DNA of 64,000 bases from Nitrososphaerota archaeon (GTDB lineage: Archaea; Thermoproteota; EX4484-205; JAAOZP01): assembly GCA_011605725.1 (NCBI GenBank), contig JAAOZP010000004.1:185739-249738 (forward strand), in the 5' to 3' direction. Positions within the stretch are counted from its first letter, which is position 1. Each line of letters opens with the position of its first letter. Both the position numbers and the translations under genes were made by a program. Under the pieces are notes generated by a model, which was not told the DNA's origin, made no database searches, and saw nothing but the letters and a program-made list of their open reading frames with translations. Shown here piece after piece: positions 40,222-50,965 of the stretch.

Positions 40222-43047
40222 TTGCTGGTGGAAACAGATGCGATGGGTGGGATAAAGGTTTCGAGCGGAAGGGGTTACCGCGGTTTTTTAAAGAAGGTTG
40301 TTGGAGTGTCACTGGCGTTTTTACTAGTCTGGCTCGGCTTATCCGCTTGGTTTTTCATGATGAGTGTTTACGACAATATGTATGTGGTAAAATCAGGAGT
40401 GAGCTATCTTAACATCATGTTTCTAAACGGCAGCCTTTTCACTGCCCTTGGAGTTCTAATAGGGATAGCGGTTTTAAACCCTATCTTCTGGTATAGTGCT
40501 TTCAAACGTAGGGTTAAGGTGGCGGTATTAATTTTGTTAATGAGTATTCTATTAGCGCTTGTATTCTTTTTCTCAGTAGGATCTAAAATAGCTATTCAAA
40601 TCCTTCTGCTGGATAATGCGGGGAACTTTCTGCAATCCTATTTGAGCTGGCTTGAGAAGGTTTATTTTCAACAACTCTCCTTCTCCGGCGACGAGCTTTT
40701 CAGCTTCATGTCGGTTTTCGACTTCATGGAGCTCATGAGAATACTTTACGTGTTTTTCGCGATAATTTTTTTCATAAGCCTGTTTACAACTAGGCTCTGG
40801 AGCATAGTTACGCTGGTGAAAAAAACCGGTACATGGCCTGAGGGCGATTTAATAATGTTGGAGTCGACGAGAACCGTCTTCTCCCTGCTCCGCTTCATAG
40901 TTTCAACCATCCTCATAGGATTCTTCCTATTCTGGTATCCTTCTTTGACCTATGATGTGACAAGCCCAATATTCAGGCTTGCATTAAACATATCAATCAT
41001 CCTGATAATTCTCCAAATCATCTTGGAAACAGTGTCCTCTAAGAAGACGGTTATGGCGAGGAATATTCTGCTCATCTTGGCGGTCATAACGGTCATGCTT
41101 GGTTATGCATTGCCACAGGCATACTACAGGACTCTCGGAGGATGGGATGCTAACAAGGTTCTCTACGAGTTTAACCCGAGGATTAAGCCGCACATAGAGC
41201 TCATAAAGCTTCTCAATGGTTTGAACGAGGTTTCTGAAACAACTCAATCTGCTGGAAGCCTCAGCGATCTCGAGAAGGTTAGGTTGACCAGCCACGATTT
41301 CATATCTTCAAGAACTGGCTATGAGCTTTCCAGAAGAGGGATACCGTGGATTACTGGAAGCGAACCGTCAATGATATATTTTAAAGATGGTCATCTATAC
41401 TGGGTTGTCTTCACAGCCCCCGTGATGGTGGAGGCAACCGATGTTGAGGCTGCTGAATCATTCATATATACTCACAGCGAGGTTATTCTAGCTTTCGACG
41501 CTACATCCGGGAGGACTGTTCCATTAAGCCAAGCCCTTGGAATAGTTAATGCTCCACCCGTATACTATGGCCTAGGGGGGCTTTTCAGAGAAAGGGAAAT
41601 GGTGTTCGTCAACACAGGCAAATGGAGAGAAGCTGGAACAGTGAACTACACCGGTCCACCGGACTATGTCTTCTCAGGATGGGTGCGTGCAGCATACTTC
41701 CTTCTTAGGGGAAGGCTCGACATAGCTTCCGGAGGCTACGGAGATACTTTAAACGCTTTGATAACTAGAGATGCTTACGAAAGGGTTTCAGCGGTTAAAG
41801 CGCCGCTTCTAGTTGTTGAAACCGATCCTAGGACAGGTGTGCCAGCACCGTATCCGGTTGTAGACCCGGATGGGAATCTTTACCTTGCTTTCTCAACATT
41901 TATTGAGAAGCCTGTTTACACTGAATATGCTGACACGGAGAAGTATGGTGTTGAAAACGGGGGCTGTTTGAGAAGACTTTTCTCCATAATTCTGGTGAAT
42001 GTTGCAGACGGCAGTATTCAAGGTTATATGTTCAACGAGTCTTTAAATAGTGATAACTATGTTGTCAAAGCGCTTAAATCCCTATATCCATCGTGGATTA
42101 GGCCGATACCGTCTTGGCTTAAGCCGCAGGTGAGATATGTTAAAAACCTTATGTGGAGCATAATAGACGTTTATAATACTTACAGGGTTTCAAGCTCGGA
42201 TTACGATTCTTGGTACAGGAGTACAGGGATGCTCGACTATCCTAAAGACTCTGATGGAAGAATATATTCGCAAAGCGTTTTCGACATAAGATACGTCTCG
42301 TTGGAAAACCAATATGTTGCCCTCTGCATAGTTGAAAACTATCAGCAGAATCCCGGGGCTTCTGTGAACATTGTTGGCGCATACGTCTTCACTCCTGAGA
42401 GTAAGAGGTTCATCATATTTCAAAACAGGGTTCCAAGGCTTAGCGTGATAATGGACAGTATTCTCCACCATCCTACGGTCCAACAAATATTGACTTTACA
42501 CCAGACGCGTGGAGCCTCATGGGTCGAGGGTAACCTCATGGTTCAGCTGGTTAATAACACGCCAGTATTCGTACTCCCGTTCTACTCGATAAGCGCTCAA
42601 GTTGCCTACGTTACCATGGTTGTGGTTTATAATCCTCAAACCAGTAGGATAGGTGTCTATCAAGTTGGGAACATAGATGATTGGATGGAGGTTTCAAGAT
42701 CGGCCTTGGTAGCTTACGCATCAACGCTTCCCGTAAACGTTACGGTGAAACCGGATTACATTAGGCAGGTTAAATCATTCATTGTTGCGAACGGACTATA
42801 CGTGGCTGAGCCGGTCAGCGTTTCCGCAAACGTCGTGTACAGGATTGGATATGTTAAAGCTGAAGAGTTTCAGAGTATGGTTAACACTACACTGTCTAAG
42901 CTGGTTGACTTTTGTAGGCAACACAGCTTAAACACAGTCAACCTCTGGGTTGAGAGGGCCGGAGATAAAGACGTGATAAACGTAGGCGTCTTAATGACCA
43001 CTGTCCAAGGAGTCGAGCTCCACTTGGTTCAAATAGAAACCGGTTAG
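40222..43047 (+). CDS. UPF0182 (COG1615)-like membrane protein
   Basis: N-terminal TM bundle, YTHS, VYYG, PYPVVD, GNLMV. Confidence 0.7.
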   Translation: MLVETDAMGGIKVSSGRGYRGFLKKVVGVSLAFLLVWLGLSAWFFMMSVYDNMYVVKSGVSYLNIMFLNGSLFTALGVLIGIAVLNPIFWYSAFKRRVKVAVLILLMSILLALVFFFSVGSKIAIQILLLDNAGNFLQSYLSWLEKVYFQQLSFSGDELFSFMSVFDFMELMRILYVFFAIIFFISLFTTRLWSIVTLVKKTGTWPEGDLIMLESTRTVFSLLRFIVSTILIGFFLFWYPSLTYDVTSPIFRLALNISIILIILQIILETVSSKKTVMARNILLILAVITVMLGYALPQAYYRTLGGWDANKVLYEFNPRIKPHIELIKLLNGLNEVSETTQSAGSLSDLEKVRLTSHDFISSRTGYELSRRGIPWITGSEPSMIYFKDGHLYWVVFTAPVMVEATDVEAAESFIYTHSEVILAFDATSGRTVPLSQALGIVNAPPVYYGLGGLFREREMVFVNTGKWREAGTVNYTGPPDYVFSGWVRAAYFLLRGRLDIASGGYGDTLNALITRDAYERVSAVKAPLLVVETDPRTGVPAPYPVVDPDGNLYLAFSTFIEKPVYTEYADTEKYGVENGGCLRRLFSIILVNVADGSIQGYMFNESLNSDNYVVKALKSLYPSWIRPIPSWLKPQVRYVKNLMWSIIDVYNTYRVSSSDYDSWYRSTGMLDYPKDSDGRIYSQSVFDIRYVSLENQYVALCIVENYQQNPGASVNIVGAYVFTPESKRFIIFQNRVPRLSVIMDSILHHPTVQQILTLHQTRGASWVEGNLMVQLVNNTPVFVLPFYSISAQVAYVTMVVVYNPQTSRIGVYQVGNIDDWMEVSRSALVAYASTLPVNVTVKPDYIRQVKSFIVANGLYVAEPVSVSANVVYRIGYVKAEEFQSMVNTTLSKLVDFCRQHSLNTVNLWVERAGDKDVINVGVLMTTVQGVELHLVQIETG

Positions 43048-43889
43048 CTTTCTCCCATCACGTTATCCATTAGGATCCTTGTTGCCCTAACCACGTTGTC
43101 ATCCAGATCCAGCCTACCGTACTCATGAATCTCTAGGATTAAAGGTTTATGATAGCCTATTCGCGAGAAAGCATTGATCACCTGGTCCCAGTCTATACTG
43201 CCCATTAAAGGGGGCAAATGCTGGTCATGATGACCATCGTTATCATGAACATGCGTGGCTATAAGATGCTCCCTGAGTATTTCAACAATTACGGGTGTGC
43301 TCAGCTTGTTCACGTTAGCATGTCCAGTGTCAAAGCATACTCCAAGGTTTTCACTACTAACTTCACTAATCAATTCTAATAGGTCTCTTGGCAGGGAGCC
43401 GTAGCAGGATTCAAGCCTGTTCTCCACAGCTATCTTAACACCATACTCCGAGGCTTGTTTAGAAGCCTCTTTGAAAAACCGCACATTAGCAAGCCTAGTC
43501 TTCTCAACTAGCCTCTGAAAATCATGTTCTTCTGAAGGCTTTATCCTCACGGTGTGTAGTACAAGCACACCCCATTCAAGTTCACCGGTATACCTGATCC
43601 AGTTGAAGACTTTTCTAAGCGCCTTCTCCCTTTGAGCGGAGTCTTCTGAAGCAAGTTCCAAATCTATTTCTCCGAAAGGCCCATGGACTTGAATAATCTT
43701 GACTCCAAGACTGTCAGCAGCCTCCTCAATACTCTTTAAAGCTTTCAAGTCGGCAGCCTCGTCTTTGAAAATCTTGGATAAGTGCTCGTAAGATAGTTCA
43801 ACAAACCCGACGCCCCTCGCCCTTAGCCTTTCAAGAGCCTTATCCACATCAAGTATAGAGTAGATCCATGTGTCGAACCCGTAGTCCAT
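43044..43889 (-). CDS. Sugar phosphate isomerase/epimerase (AP endonuclease 2 TIM barrel)
   Basis: AVEN, CFDTGHAN, HVHDNDG..DQHLPP. Confidence 0.88.
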   Translation of the reverse strand: MDYGFDTWIYSILDVDKALERLRARGVGFVELSYEHLSKIFKDEAADLKALKSIEEAADSLGVKIIQVHGPFGEIDLELASEDSAQREKALRKVFNWIRYTGELEWGVLVLHTVRIKPSEEHDFQRLVEKTRLANVRFFKEASKQASEYGVKIAVENRLESCYGSLPRDLLELISEVSSENLGVCFDTGHANVNKLSTPVIVEILREHLIATHVHDNDGHHDQHLPPLMGSIDWDQVINAFSRIGYHKPLILEIHEYGRLDLDDNVVRATRILMDNVMGES

Positions 43890-43931
43890 GCTTACAGCAC
43901 CACGACGGAGGTTTTAAAAGGGTTACCCTTG

Positions 43932-44447
43932 CTAGACACATCTTAACGCTTCAAGCTTTCTCAAAAGCTCTTCAAGTCTTCCATACTTCTCGTCTTCAGG
44001 CAGCCCTAGAAGGATGATCTTAACTCCAGCTTTTTCCATCGCCTCGTAAAGAGTTTCAGTGAAAACGCCTCTTCCTTTCTCAGGCTTACCTATTTTGAAA
44101 TGGGTCCATTCAACACCGCAGGACGGGCTTCCCTCTACACCCAGGTATGCCACGATCCTGATGCCTGCGCGCTCATATTTCTCCACGGTTTCAACAGTTT
44201 GGTTAGCTATTTCACGACAAATATTTCTGAACTCAGGATTATCGTAGGATTCTCGAGACGCAGGCTCCCTGTCTAACCCTTTATACAGCAGTTCAGGGCA
44301 GGGGAGCTGTATCACTCCGGTTTCAAAATCCTCTAGAAGCGCGCTGATAATTCTTCTAGAGGCCTCCACTTTTTCTTCCCGCAATAATCCCACTGCCTTG
44401 CTGTATGGGTTAAGCATACAGTGAGAAACGAGCAGGATTCTCCGCAT
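43932..44447 (-). CDS. DUF523/TudS-like (CD3072 family) Fe-S protein
   Basis: VSHCMLN, QLPCPE, GSPSCG. Confidence 0.8.
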   Translation of the reverse strand: MRRILLVSHCMLNPYSKAVGLLREEKVEASRRIISALLEDFETGVIQLPCPELLYKGLDREPASRESYDNPEFRNICREIANQTVETVEKYERAGIRIVAYLGVEGSPSCGVEWTHFKIGKPEKGRGVFTETLYEAMEKAGVKIILLGLPEDEKYGRLEELLRKLEALRCV

Positions 44448-44594
44448 GCCAAATAGGCTTAAAACCAGCATTATTAAAGCTTTCATCAGCATCTAAGTAG
44501 GCTCGTTTCCAACGGTGTTAAGCTTCATACGTAATGTTTAAAAATAGCTTGATGCTGGTGCAGGCTTAACACGGTGGACTAATGGTGGCTCGAA

Positions 44595-46604
44595 TTGGCT
44601 ACAACAGGGCTTCCGTCTGCTCCAGAGATTATCGTTTCGGGCTCCGTGCTAGCGAGCCTACTGGCAATCATAATCCTAGCTATAAACGTTCTTAAACACA
44701 AGGTGAAAAATCCTCAGGCGGCAAGGATAGCTAGCTACATAGAGTCAGGTGCCTCCGCATTTCTCCGCACAGAATACTCCGTCATAATGGTTTTCGATAC
44801 GGCAGTCACGCTGCTCCTCCTAATCCTCCTAGGGTTTAAAACAGCTTTAGCGTTTATGCTTGGAGCAATGTTTTCCCTAACCTCTGGTTTCACAGGGATG
44901 AAAGTGGCTGTGAAGGCTAACGTCAGGACCATGGAATCAGTAAACGGGGATGTTTCAAAGGGTTTGAAAACAGCTTTAAGCGGAGGCTCGGTGACTGGTC
45001 TTTCAGTTGCAAGCCTGAGCCTTCTTGGAGTAATAATCCTAGTTTCCTACCTGGGGGAAGGCTCTTCTGGGCTGGGTTTAGAGTTCCTAACAGGATACGC
45101 TATGGGTGCTAGCCTCACCGCAATCTTCATCCAGATTGGTGGTGGAATATTCACAAAGAGCGCAGACATAGGTGCCGACCTCGTTGGGAAGCTTGAATAC
45201 GGGCTTACTGAGGATGATCCTAGGAATCCAGCTGTTATCGCCGACCTGGTTGGGGATAATGTTGGTGACTGTGCTGGAAGAGGCGCCGACCTCTTTGAGA
45301 CTCTAAGCGGGGACATGGTTACCAGCATGATAATAGGGTTAGGTTTCATAGATAAGTATGGTCAGACAGTACTATTGTTCTCGCCGCTCTTTCTCTCAGT
45401 CGGCCTGCTTTCCACCATAGTAAGCATCATGATTGCGCTTAAAATTACTAATCCTACTAAGAGTTTTCTGGCAAGTCTCACTGTAGCAACTGCTTCCTCA
45501 GCGATTGGCCTCTACTTGGTCTCAACAATCTTCATGAAGGATGTTACGCTTTTCTACGCTGGGCTTAGCGGTTTGATCGTGACCCTGCTTATGGCTGTCG
45601 TGTCAAACTACTACACTGGTGTAAACTCCTCCCCGGTTAAAAACATGTATGAGTCGGCAAAAAGGGGTGCTGCTATAAACATGATAAGCGGCTTCGCATA
45701 CGGTTTAAGAGGGGCAGCAATACCTGTGTTTCTAGTCTCAACATCCGCGATATTCTCTTACCTCGTCACCGGTAATATCTACGGCTTGGTTGCAGCAAAC
45801 CTCGGTACGGATATACTCATAGGAACAGTAATGGCTTGGGATGCCTTCGGACCGATAGTAGATAACGCTGGAGGAATAAACGAGATGTGTGGCGAAGGCG
45901 ACAGCGAAGTGTTCGACGCTCTCGACGCTGTTGGAAACACTACTAAGGCATACACGAAAGCGTTTGCTCTCGCAAGCGGTACTTTCACGGCTTTCATAGC
46001 TTTAATGACCTATTATTACGTTGTCGGTAAGAGGCCGGTTGACCTTACAAACCCGTTTCACACAGCTAGTCTTCTAATAGGCATCGCCATACCCTTCCTC
46101 TTCTCCTCCTACATAATGAGTGCGGTTAACTCTACGACTCTAGTAATGGTTGACGAGGTGAGGAGACAGTTTAGAGAGAACCCGGGGATACTCTCAGGGT
46201 TAGATACGCCTGCTTACGATAAGTGTGTTAAAATAGCTACGCTGAGTGCTTTGAAGCAGATGGTGCTACCGGTTTTAATCGCTGAAGTTGTTTTCCTAGG
46301 TTTCGGACTGCTTTTCGGGGTTAACGCGTTGGCCGGGATGCTAATAGGCTTGCTAGGTTCAAGTGCCATACTGGGGATCAAATACATCCTGATAGGAGGT
46401 GCTTTCGACAATACTAAGAAGCATTTCGAATTGTCAGGAAACAGTAATGAGGCTCTGCAGTCGGCAGTCGTGACGGGTGATACTTTCGGAGACCCGCTTA
46501 AAGATGTGGCCGGCCCCTCCCTAACGATTCTGATGAAGAGCATCATAATGACGGCTCTAACTTTTGAAACAATACTTCTCAAGTATGCACTGTTTCCCGT
46601 TTAG
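44595..46604 (+). CDS. hppA: Membrane H+-translocating pyrophosphatase, K+-independent signature
   Basis: GGGIFTKSADIGADLVGK, EDDPRN, GDNVGDC, GNTTKA (Lys), GDPLKD. Confidence 0.93.
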   Translation: MATTGLPSAPEIIVSGSVLASLLAIIILAINVLKHKVKNPQAARIASYIESGASAFLRTEYSVIMVFDTAVTLLLLILLGFKTALAFMLGAMFSLTSGFTGMKVAVKANVRTMESVNGDVSKGLKTALSGGSVTGLSVASLSLLGVIILVSYLGEGSSGLGLEFLTGYAMGASLTAIFIQIGGGIFTKSADIGADLVGKLEYGLTEDDPRNPAVIADLVGDNVGDCAGRGADLFETLSGDMVTSMIIGLGFIDKYGQTVLLFSPLFLSVGLLSTIVSIMIALKITNPTKSFLASLTVATASSAIGLYLVSTIFMKDVTLFYAGLSGLIVTLLMAVVSNYYTGVNSSPVKNMYESAKRGAAINMISGFAYGLRGAAIPVFLVSTSAIFSYLVTGNIYGLVAANLGTDILIGTVMAWDAFGPIVDNAGGINEMCGEGDSEVFDALDAVGNTTKAYTKAFALASGTFTAFIALMTYYYVVGKRPVDLTNPFHTASLLIGIAIPFLFSSYIMSAVNSTTLVMVDEVRRQFRENPGILSGLDTPAYDKCVKIATLSALKQMVLPVLIAEVVFLGFGLLFGVNALAGMLIGLLGSSAILGIKYILIGGAFDNTKKHFELSGNSNEALQSAVVTGDTFGDPLKDVAGPSLTILMKSIIMTALTFETILLKYALFPV

Positions 46605-46639
46605 CTAAGTTTTTAAACAGGTTTAATGTTAACAATAAT

Positions 46640-47026
46640 GTGTTGACGGGAATAATCCTCATAAAAAGCAAGTCCATAGGAATAAGAAGAGCAGTGCTTC
46701 TCCCCGAGTTAAATCCTAAGACTGTTGAAAGCATTCTTAAAGCCCTCCCGTTTAAAGGTTTTGCAAATACTTGGGGTGAAGAAATATATTTCGAAATCCC
46801 TGTTGCCATTCCGGAGGAGAATTCGCGCAGAGAAGTTGAGAAGGGAGATGTCGCTTACTGGCCTCCTGGAAAAGCCCTCTGCATATTCTTCGGCCCAACT
46901 CCAATGTCTAGAAAAGGAAAAATAGTTGCTTACAGCCCTGTTAACGTTTTCGCTAAAATAGAGGGTGATCTAGAGTGCTTCAAAAAGGTTAGGGATGGTG
47001 AGGAGATACTTGTTGAAAAAGGTTAG
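46640..47026 (+). CDS. Cyclophilin-like fold protein (DUF369 type)
   Basis: NTWGEEIYF, GDVAYWPPGKALCIFFGPTP. Confidence 0.85.
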   Translation: MLTGIILIKSKSIGIRRAVLLPELNPKTVESILKALPFKGFANTWGEEIYFEIPVAIPEENSRREVEKGDVAYWPPGKALCIFFGPTPMSRKGKIVAYSPVNVFAKIEGDLECFKKVRDGEEILVEKG

Positions 47027-47083
47027 GAGAATATTTAGGCATATTGCTTTGCTTAAAAACGTTTCCTGCAAAAGCTACTTGTC

Positions 47084-47575
47084 TTAAACACTTTCAGCTG
47101 AAGTCAGGCTTGAGAGGCCTATGAAGAATTTGTCGTTAGGCCTATGCAGATTTTTAACGATCTTGCCTCTTGCTCCTTCGACGATTGTTCCAGAGTCTTG
47201 AAGAGCCACTCCCACTGCTAATGCAACATACTCTTCCGAGACAACTGCGACAGGTTCCCCCTTGCTGAAACTACTATGCTTAATCACTCCTGGAATCATA
47301 ACGTCAGCACCCTTAACTACGTATTCTGTGGCTCCTTTATCCACAACCACTATTGGACAAACCGTTATTCTCCCGAGACCTTGAAGATGCGGTATGATTC
47401 TTCCGTCTGGGAAAATTATCAAGACGGGGATTCTGTTTAAAAGAAGTATTTTAGCATCTTCAAGCTCAACTATCTCCGCCGACTCCAGCTTGTTTAATTT
47501 AAAAGATATTTTCTGGTTTTTAGCGTCTTCGATAAGCCTAGCTGCCTCCTTCCTCCTTATCTGTATTCTTTTCAA
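47084..47575 (-). CDS. PUA-domain RNA-binding protein
   Basis: VVDKGA...GADVMIPGV...GKIVKNLH. Confidence 0.85.
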   Translation of the reverse strand: MKRIQIRRKEAARLIEDAKNQKISFKLNKLESAEIVELEDAKILLLNRIPVLIIFPDGRIIPHLQGLGRITVCPIVVVDKGATEYVVKGADVMIPGVIKHSSFSKGEPVAVVSEEYVALAVGVALQDSGTIVEGARGKIVKNLHRPNDKFFIGLSSLTSAESV

Positions 47576-47577
47576 GC

Positions 47578-48438
47578 TTAAAATCCTTTCATAATCTCTT
47601 CAAGTGCCCTGCAGTTTTCCTCAGCGTTTTTAATAATGTCTTGGACAGTAGGAGACTTTAACAAGGGGTTGAAACTTGGGGGACACTCCACCGTCAGATA
47701 CCCATCGTATCCTGCTGCTTTAAGTAGCTTGATGGCTCTTCTCCAATCCACGTTCCCCTTAAGCACATTCCTAAATCCATTAATATTTCCAATATTGGTG
47801 TCGAAATCTTTAGCATGCACGTTTGACACCATGCTTCCAAGAGTATGTATCCAGTTTTCAGGGTAGGATATCGCCATCAGATTGGCAACGTCGAGATACA
47901 CTTTTACATTTCTCATTCCAACATCCATAATGAACTTCTTAAACTCCATCGGGGAATAGAGGAACTTGTTCCAAACGTTTTCAACAGCTATTGTCACGCC
48001 ATAATCCTCCGCGAACTCGGCAAGTTTTTTCACTGAACTTATGGCGTTGGCATAAAGCTCTTCATAAGGTATTTCAGGGGAGGCGACGCCTGGAACAACA
48101 AGAATCGACGAGGCTCCTACAATACTAGCCATTTCAACACCAGCCTTGCCATACTCGATTCCTTTACTCCTGGTTTTTTCATCTTTTGAGCCCAGATTAT
48201 ACTTCCAGAAGACGCCCGTCGCCACGCTGGGTATTTCAAGATTCTCCGTCTTAAAATCCTCAACCATTCTTCGTATCTCCTCCCTGGTTTTCCTAGTCGG
48301 GTCGAAACTGTCGTCGTCGAAGACAAGCTCAACCCCATCATAACCGATTTCCTTAATCTTTTTCGCAACCTTCTTATTGTCGATTTCCCTGAGAATGCTA
48401 GGCCATTCAACGCTCCAAAGATTTATCCCCTTCTTCAT
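47578..48438 (-). CDS. Sugar phosphate isomerase/epimerase (hexulose-6-P isomerase-like)
   Basis: ENVWNKFLYSP, DVAN, HAKDF, GYDGYLTVE. Confidence 0.85.
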   Translation of the reverse strand: MKKGINLWSVEWPSILREIDNKKVAKKIKEIGYDGVELVFDDDSFDPTRKTREEIRRMVEDFKTENLEIPSVATGVFWKYNLGSKDEKTRSKGIEYGKAGVEMASIVGASSILVVPGVASPEIPYEELYANAISSVKKLAEFAEDYGVTIAVENVWNKFLYSPMEFKKFIMDVGMRNVKVYLDVANLMAISYPENWIHTLGSMVSNVHAKDFDTNIGNINGFRNVLKGNVDWRRAIKLLKAAGYDGYLTVECPPSFNPLLKSPTVQDIIKNAEENCRALEEIMKGF

Positions 48439-48461
48439 AAATAGGGTTCAAGCAGTAAAGC

Positions 48462-49418
48462 CTAATAAAGTTTTTGAACCTCGTGAAACCCTATAAGCTT
48501 AACCACGTTAGAATCCTTCGGGGCGCCGAGGTTTCTACCGACAACCTCGCATTTAACTCTTAAAACATAGCAGACAGGTTTGCCAATGTTCTCTTCAAGT
48601 CCGGTGAGGGACTCGAAGTTTCCTTGGCCTTTAGATACCACTATGTTTGAATCCTTCAAGGCTTGCCTAAACTCTTCAGAAACCCTGCCCATAATAATCC
48701 CAATAGTGTCGTCACCTGTAGTAATGATCTTGTCACATTCTTCGCTAAGCATAACATGCTTCGCATCTTCAAGAGTAGCATCGTTCAAAACAGGTCCGCC
48801 TTTAACAACCATCGTAACACTACAACCCCATCTCTCCTTTAGACATTTTGCTACAAGCTTATCGAAAACTATTTCCCCAGCGTTATCCGCCAGGTAGAGG
48901 ATTCTCCTCCCCCTGCTAATTTCCTCAACTAGTTTATCAACATCGTCGATAACCAAAGGTTCCTTTAAATAGTCTTTAAACCGTGATTCTAGGTTTTCAA
49001 AGTTGAAGCGATGCCCGTGAACTTCAAAATCCATCATGTTTCCAACTATAGCTGCTTTAAGACAAAATCTCAATGCCTCAACATCATCCTTAATTGACTT
49101 AAGAGTCTCGCATAGACTGGGATAAACCTTTAAGGCAGTTTCGTTTGAAACAGTCTTAACATGCTTAAAAGGGTCTTTTACTCCACTTATTTTCCGAGTG
49201 ATCTTGCATACTTGCGTGTGGAGGACGTTTGGCGAAGTATCTTCTTCAAAAGCCTCCGGAAGCCACTTTAAGACTTCTAAAAGTATTCTCCTAATCTCGG
49301 CTGTATCGCTAGTTGCTTTAGACGCTATGTCTAAGGCAGCGTTCACGGTGCATGGGATACAGAGTAAACCAGGTTTCACAAGCCTGTTCTTCAAAATGTT
49401 CTTATAATCTTTTCCCAA
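48462..49418 (-). CDS. ARMT1-like/DUF89 damage-control phosphatase
   Basis: CIPC, GNMMDF, DNAGEIVFD, LNDAT, SKGQGNFE. Confidence 0.9.
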   Translation of the reverse strand: MGKDYKNILKNRLVKPGLLCIPCTVNAALDIASKATSDTAEIRRILLEVLKWLPEAFEEDTSPNVLHTQVCKITRKISGVKDPFKHVKTVSNETALKVYPSLCETLKSIKDDVEALRFCLKAAIVGNMMDFEVHGHRFNFENLESRFKDYLKEPLVIDDVDKLVEEISRGRRILYLADNAGEIVFDKLVAKCLKERWGCSVTMVVKGGPVLNDATLEDAKHVMLSEECDKIITTGDDTIGIIMGRVSEEFRQALKDSNIVVSKGQGNFESLTGLEENIGKPVCYVLRVKCEVVGRNLGAPKDSNVVKLIGFHEVQKLY

Positions 49419-49433
49419 CCTAATAGCGCGCCA

Positions 49434-50861
49434 TTATCCAATTATTTCTAGGAAGCCTAGTATATTGTCTTTTATCGACCTTATCAAAGGATGCTTTATT
49501 TCACCTGGCTTCTTAAGGCTCTCGAGTCTATGTATTCTGAAGTAGAGAGGCGGATGTGGGTCCCAGCCTAACCATTCTTGTAGAGCATATCCGCGCCTCG
49601 CTTCAAGCTGAAGCCTGCGGAAACCTATTTTTCTCAATGCATTAGCAAGGTTCTGCGGCTCTCCTATTTTGATGGCTGATTCTAAATCAGCCTTGGACTC
49701 GAAGAACTTAGCTATGAAGTAGACGGCTCCAAGAGCAATTATAAGATAGAAGTATCCTAAGAAGTATAGCAGCGGCCAGAAAACGTAAAACCTTAGAAGA
49801 TACTCCATGGAGGTCAGGAGGAAGAGAAATAACGGGTCTCTCCCCTTAAGATGGCTGAACTCATGTCCAATAACGCTCAATATCTCCTTCTCCTCCAGCT
49901 GGACGAGCAGCCCTGTAGTAACTAGGATTACTCCGCGGCTCGGCCAGGGTCCGGAGGCTGCAGCATTAGGCAGAGTTGTGTTAGAAACAACTATCTTAGG
50001 AACTGAAAGCTCGAATTTCTCCGCTGCCTGCTTAACAATCTCATAGAGATTCACGATTTTCACTGAAGCTCTTTCAGGGCTGCATTCCAACCCGTATTGG
50101 GATAAGGTTTCTACGCATGTTTCGTAGTTTAGCGGTTTCCCGAGCGCTAGGGTTTTACTATAAATGTCTTTCTTAATTTTCGAGAATATTTCAGCCCCAT
50201 GCCTGTTTAGGAAGGACTTGTATTCTGAAACGGGAATATTGTATTGGAAAACATGTATCAGAGGATTTTTCTCAGTGATATGCCAATCTCCCATTCTTCC
50301 AATAATTTTGTCTGAGAAAATGATGAGGATGAACTGCATTAATACGAGTACTATTGGAGCATACGATCCCAGTATTAGGAAGAGAATAATGCTGAGCGAG
50401 GTGAATAGGATGAAAAGGAGAAGCATGCTTTCGGAAAACATTCGATAGACAAAATTCTTACGGGCTTCAAAAAACCTTTCAGGAATTATTTCCTCACCCT
50501 CGACCCAGGTGAAGTAGACGGTTGTTTTTCTTCGCTGCTCTTCGAAAAACCTGACTGCAGTCACCAGGTTGCTTCTCAGCCAGCTTACAGCTGCATCTGG
50601 AACCTCGCCGCTGCTTAAAACCATTCTAACATCAATTGGTTTCCCAATGCTTACCTGGACGTCGATATACCACTTCCTATCTGGGTCAACAGCAGTAAAA
50701 AAGAGGAAACACCCTTTTTCAGAGGCTCCTTTCACAACATTCATAAAATGTTTCAAATTGGGAGCCACGTAGTTTTGATATATGAAATCAACCAGAGCCA
50801 TGTAATCTGCAGGAGTTATTTGAGTGTCTATTGTGAATGTGAGAGTTTTTTTCTCAATCAT
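49434..50861 (-). CDS. M48 (HtpX-like) membrane metalloprotease with long N-terminal extension
   Basis: PNAAA, HEFSH, ESKAD, HPPLYFRI. Confidence 0.88.
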   Translation of the reverse strand: MIEKKTLTFTIDTQITPADYMALVDFIYQNYVAPNLKHFMNVVKGASEKGCFLFFTAVDPDRKWYIDVQVSIGKPIDVRMVLSSGEVPDAAVSWLRSNLVTAVRFFEEQRRKTTVYFTWVEGEEIIPERFFEARKNFVYRMFSESMLLLFILFTSLSIILFLILGSYAPIVLVLMQFILIIFSDKIIGRMGDWHITEKNPLIHVFQYNIPVSEYKSFLNRHGAEIFSKIKKDIYSKTLALGKPLNYETCVETLSQYGLECSPERASVKIVNLYEIVKQAAEKFELSVPKIVVSNTTLPNAAASGPWPSRGVILVTTGLLVQLEEKEILSVIGHEFSHLKGRDPLFLFLLTSMEYLLRFYVFWPLLYFLGYFYLIIALGAVYFIAKFFESKADLESAIKIGEPQNLANALRKIGFRRLQLEARRGYALQEWLGWDPHPPLYFRIHRLESLKKPGEIKHPLIRSIKDNILGFLEIIG

Positions 50862-50965
50862 GCTTTGTTTTCCACATCCGTGTTTACGAGGGTGGATGCT
50901 TAAAATATAAATGTTTTCACAACAGTCTCACGTTAATATGCTGGGGGAAAGTTTATCTCAATCCT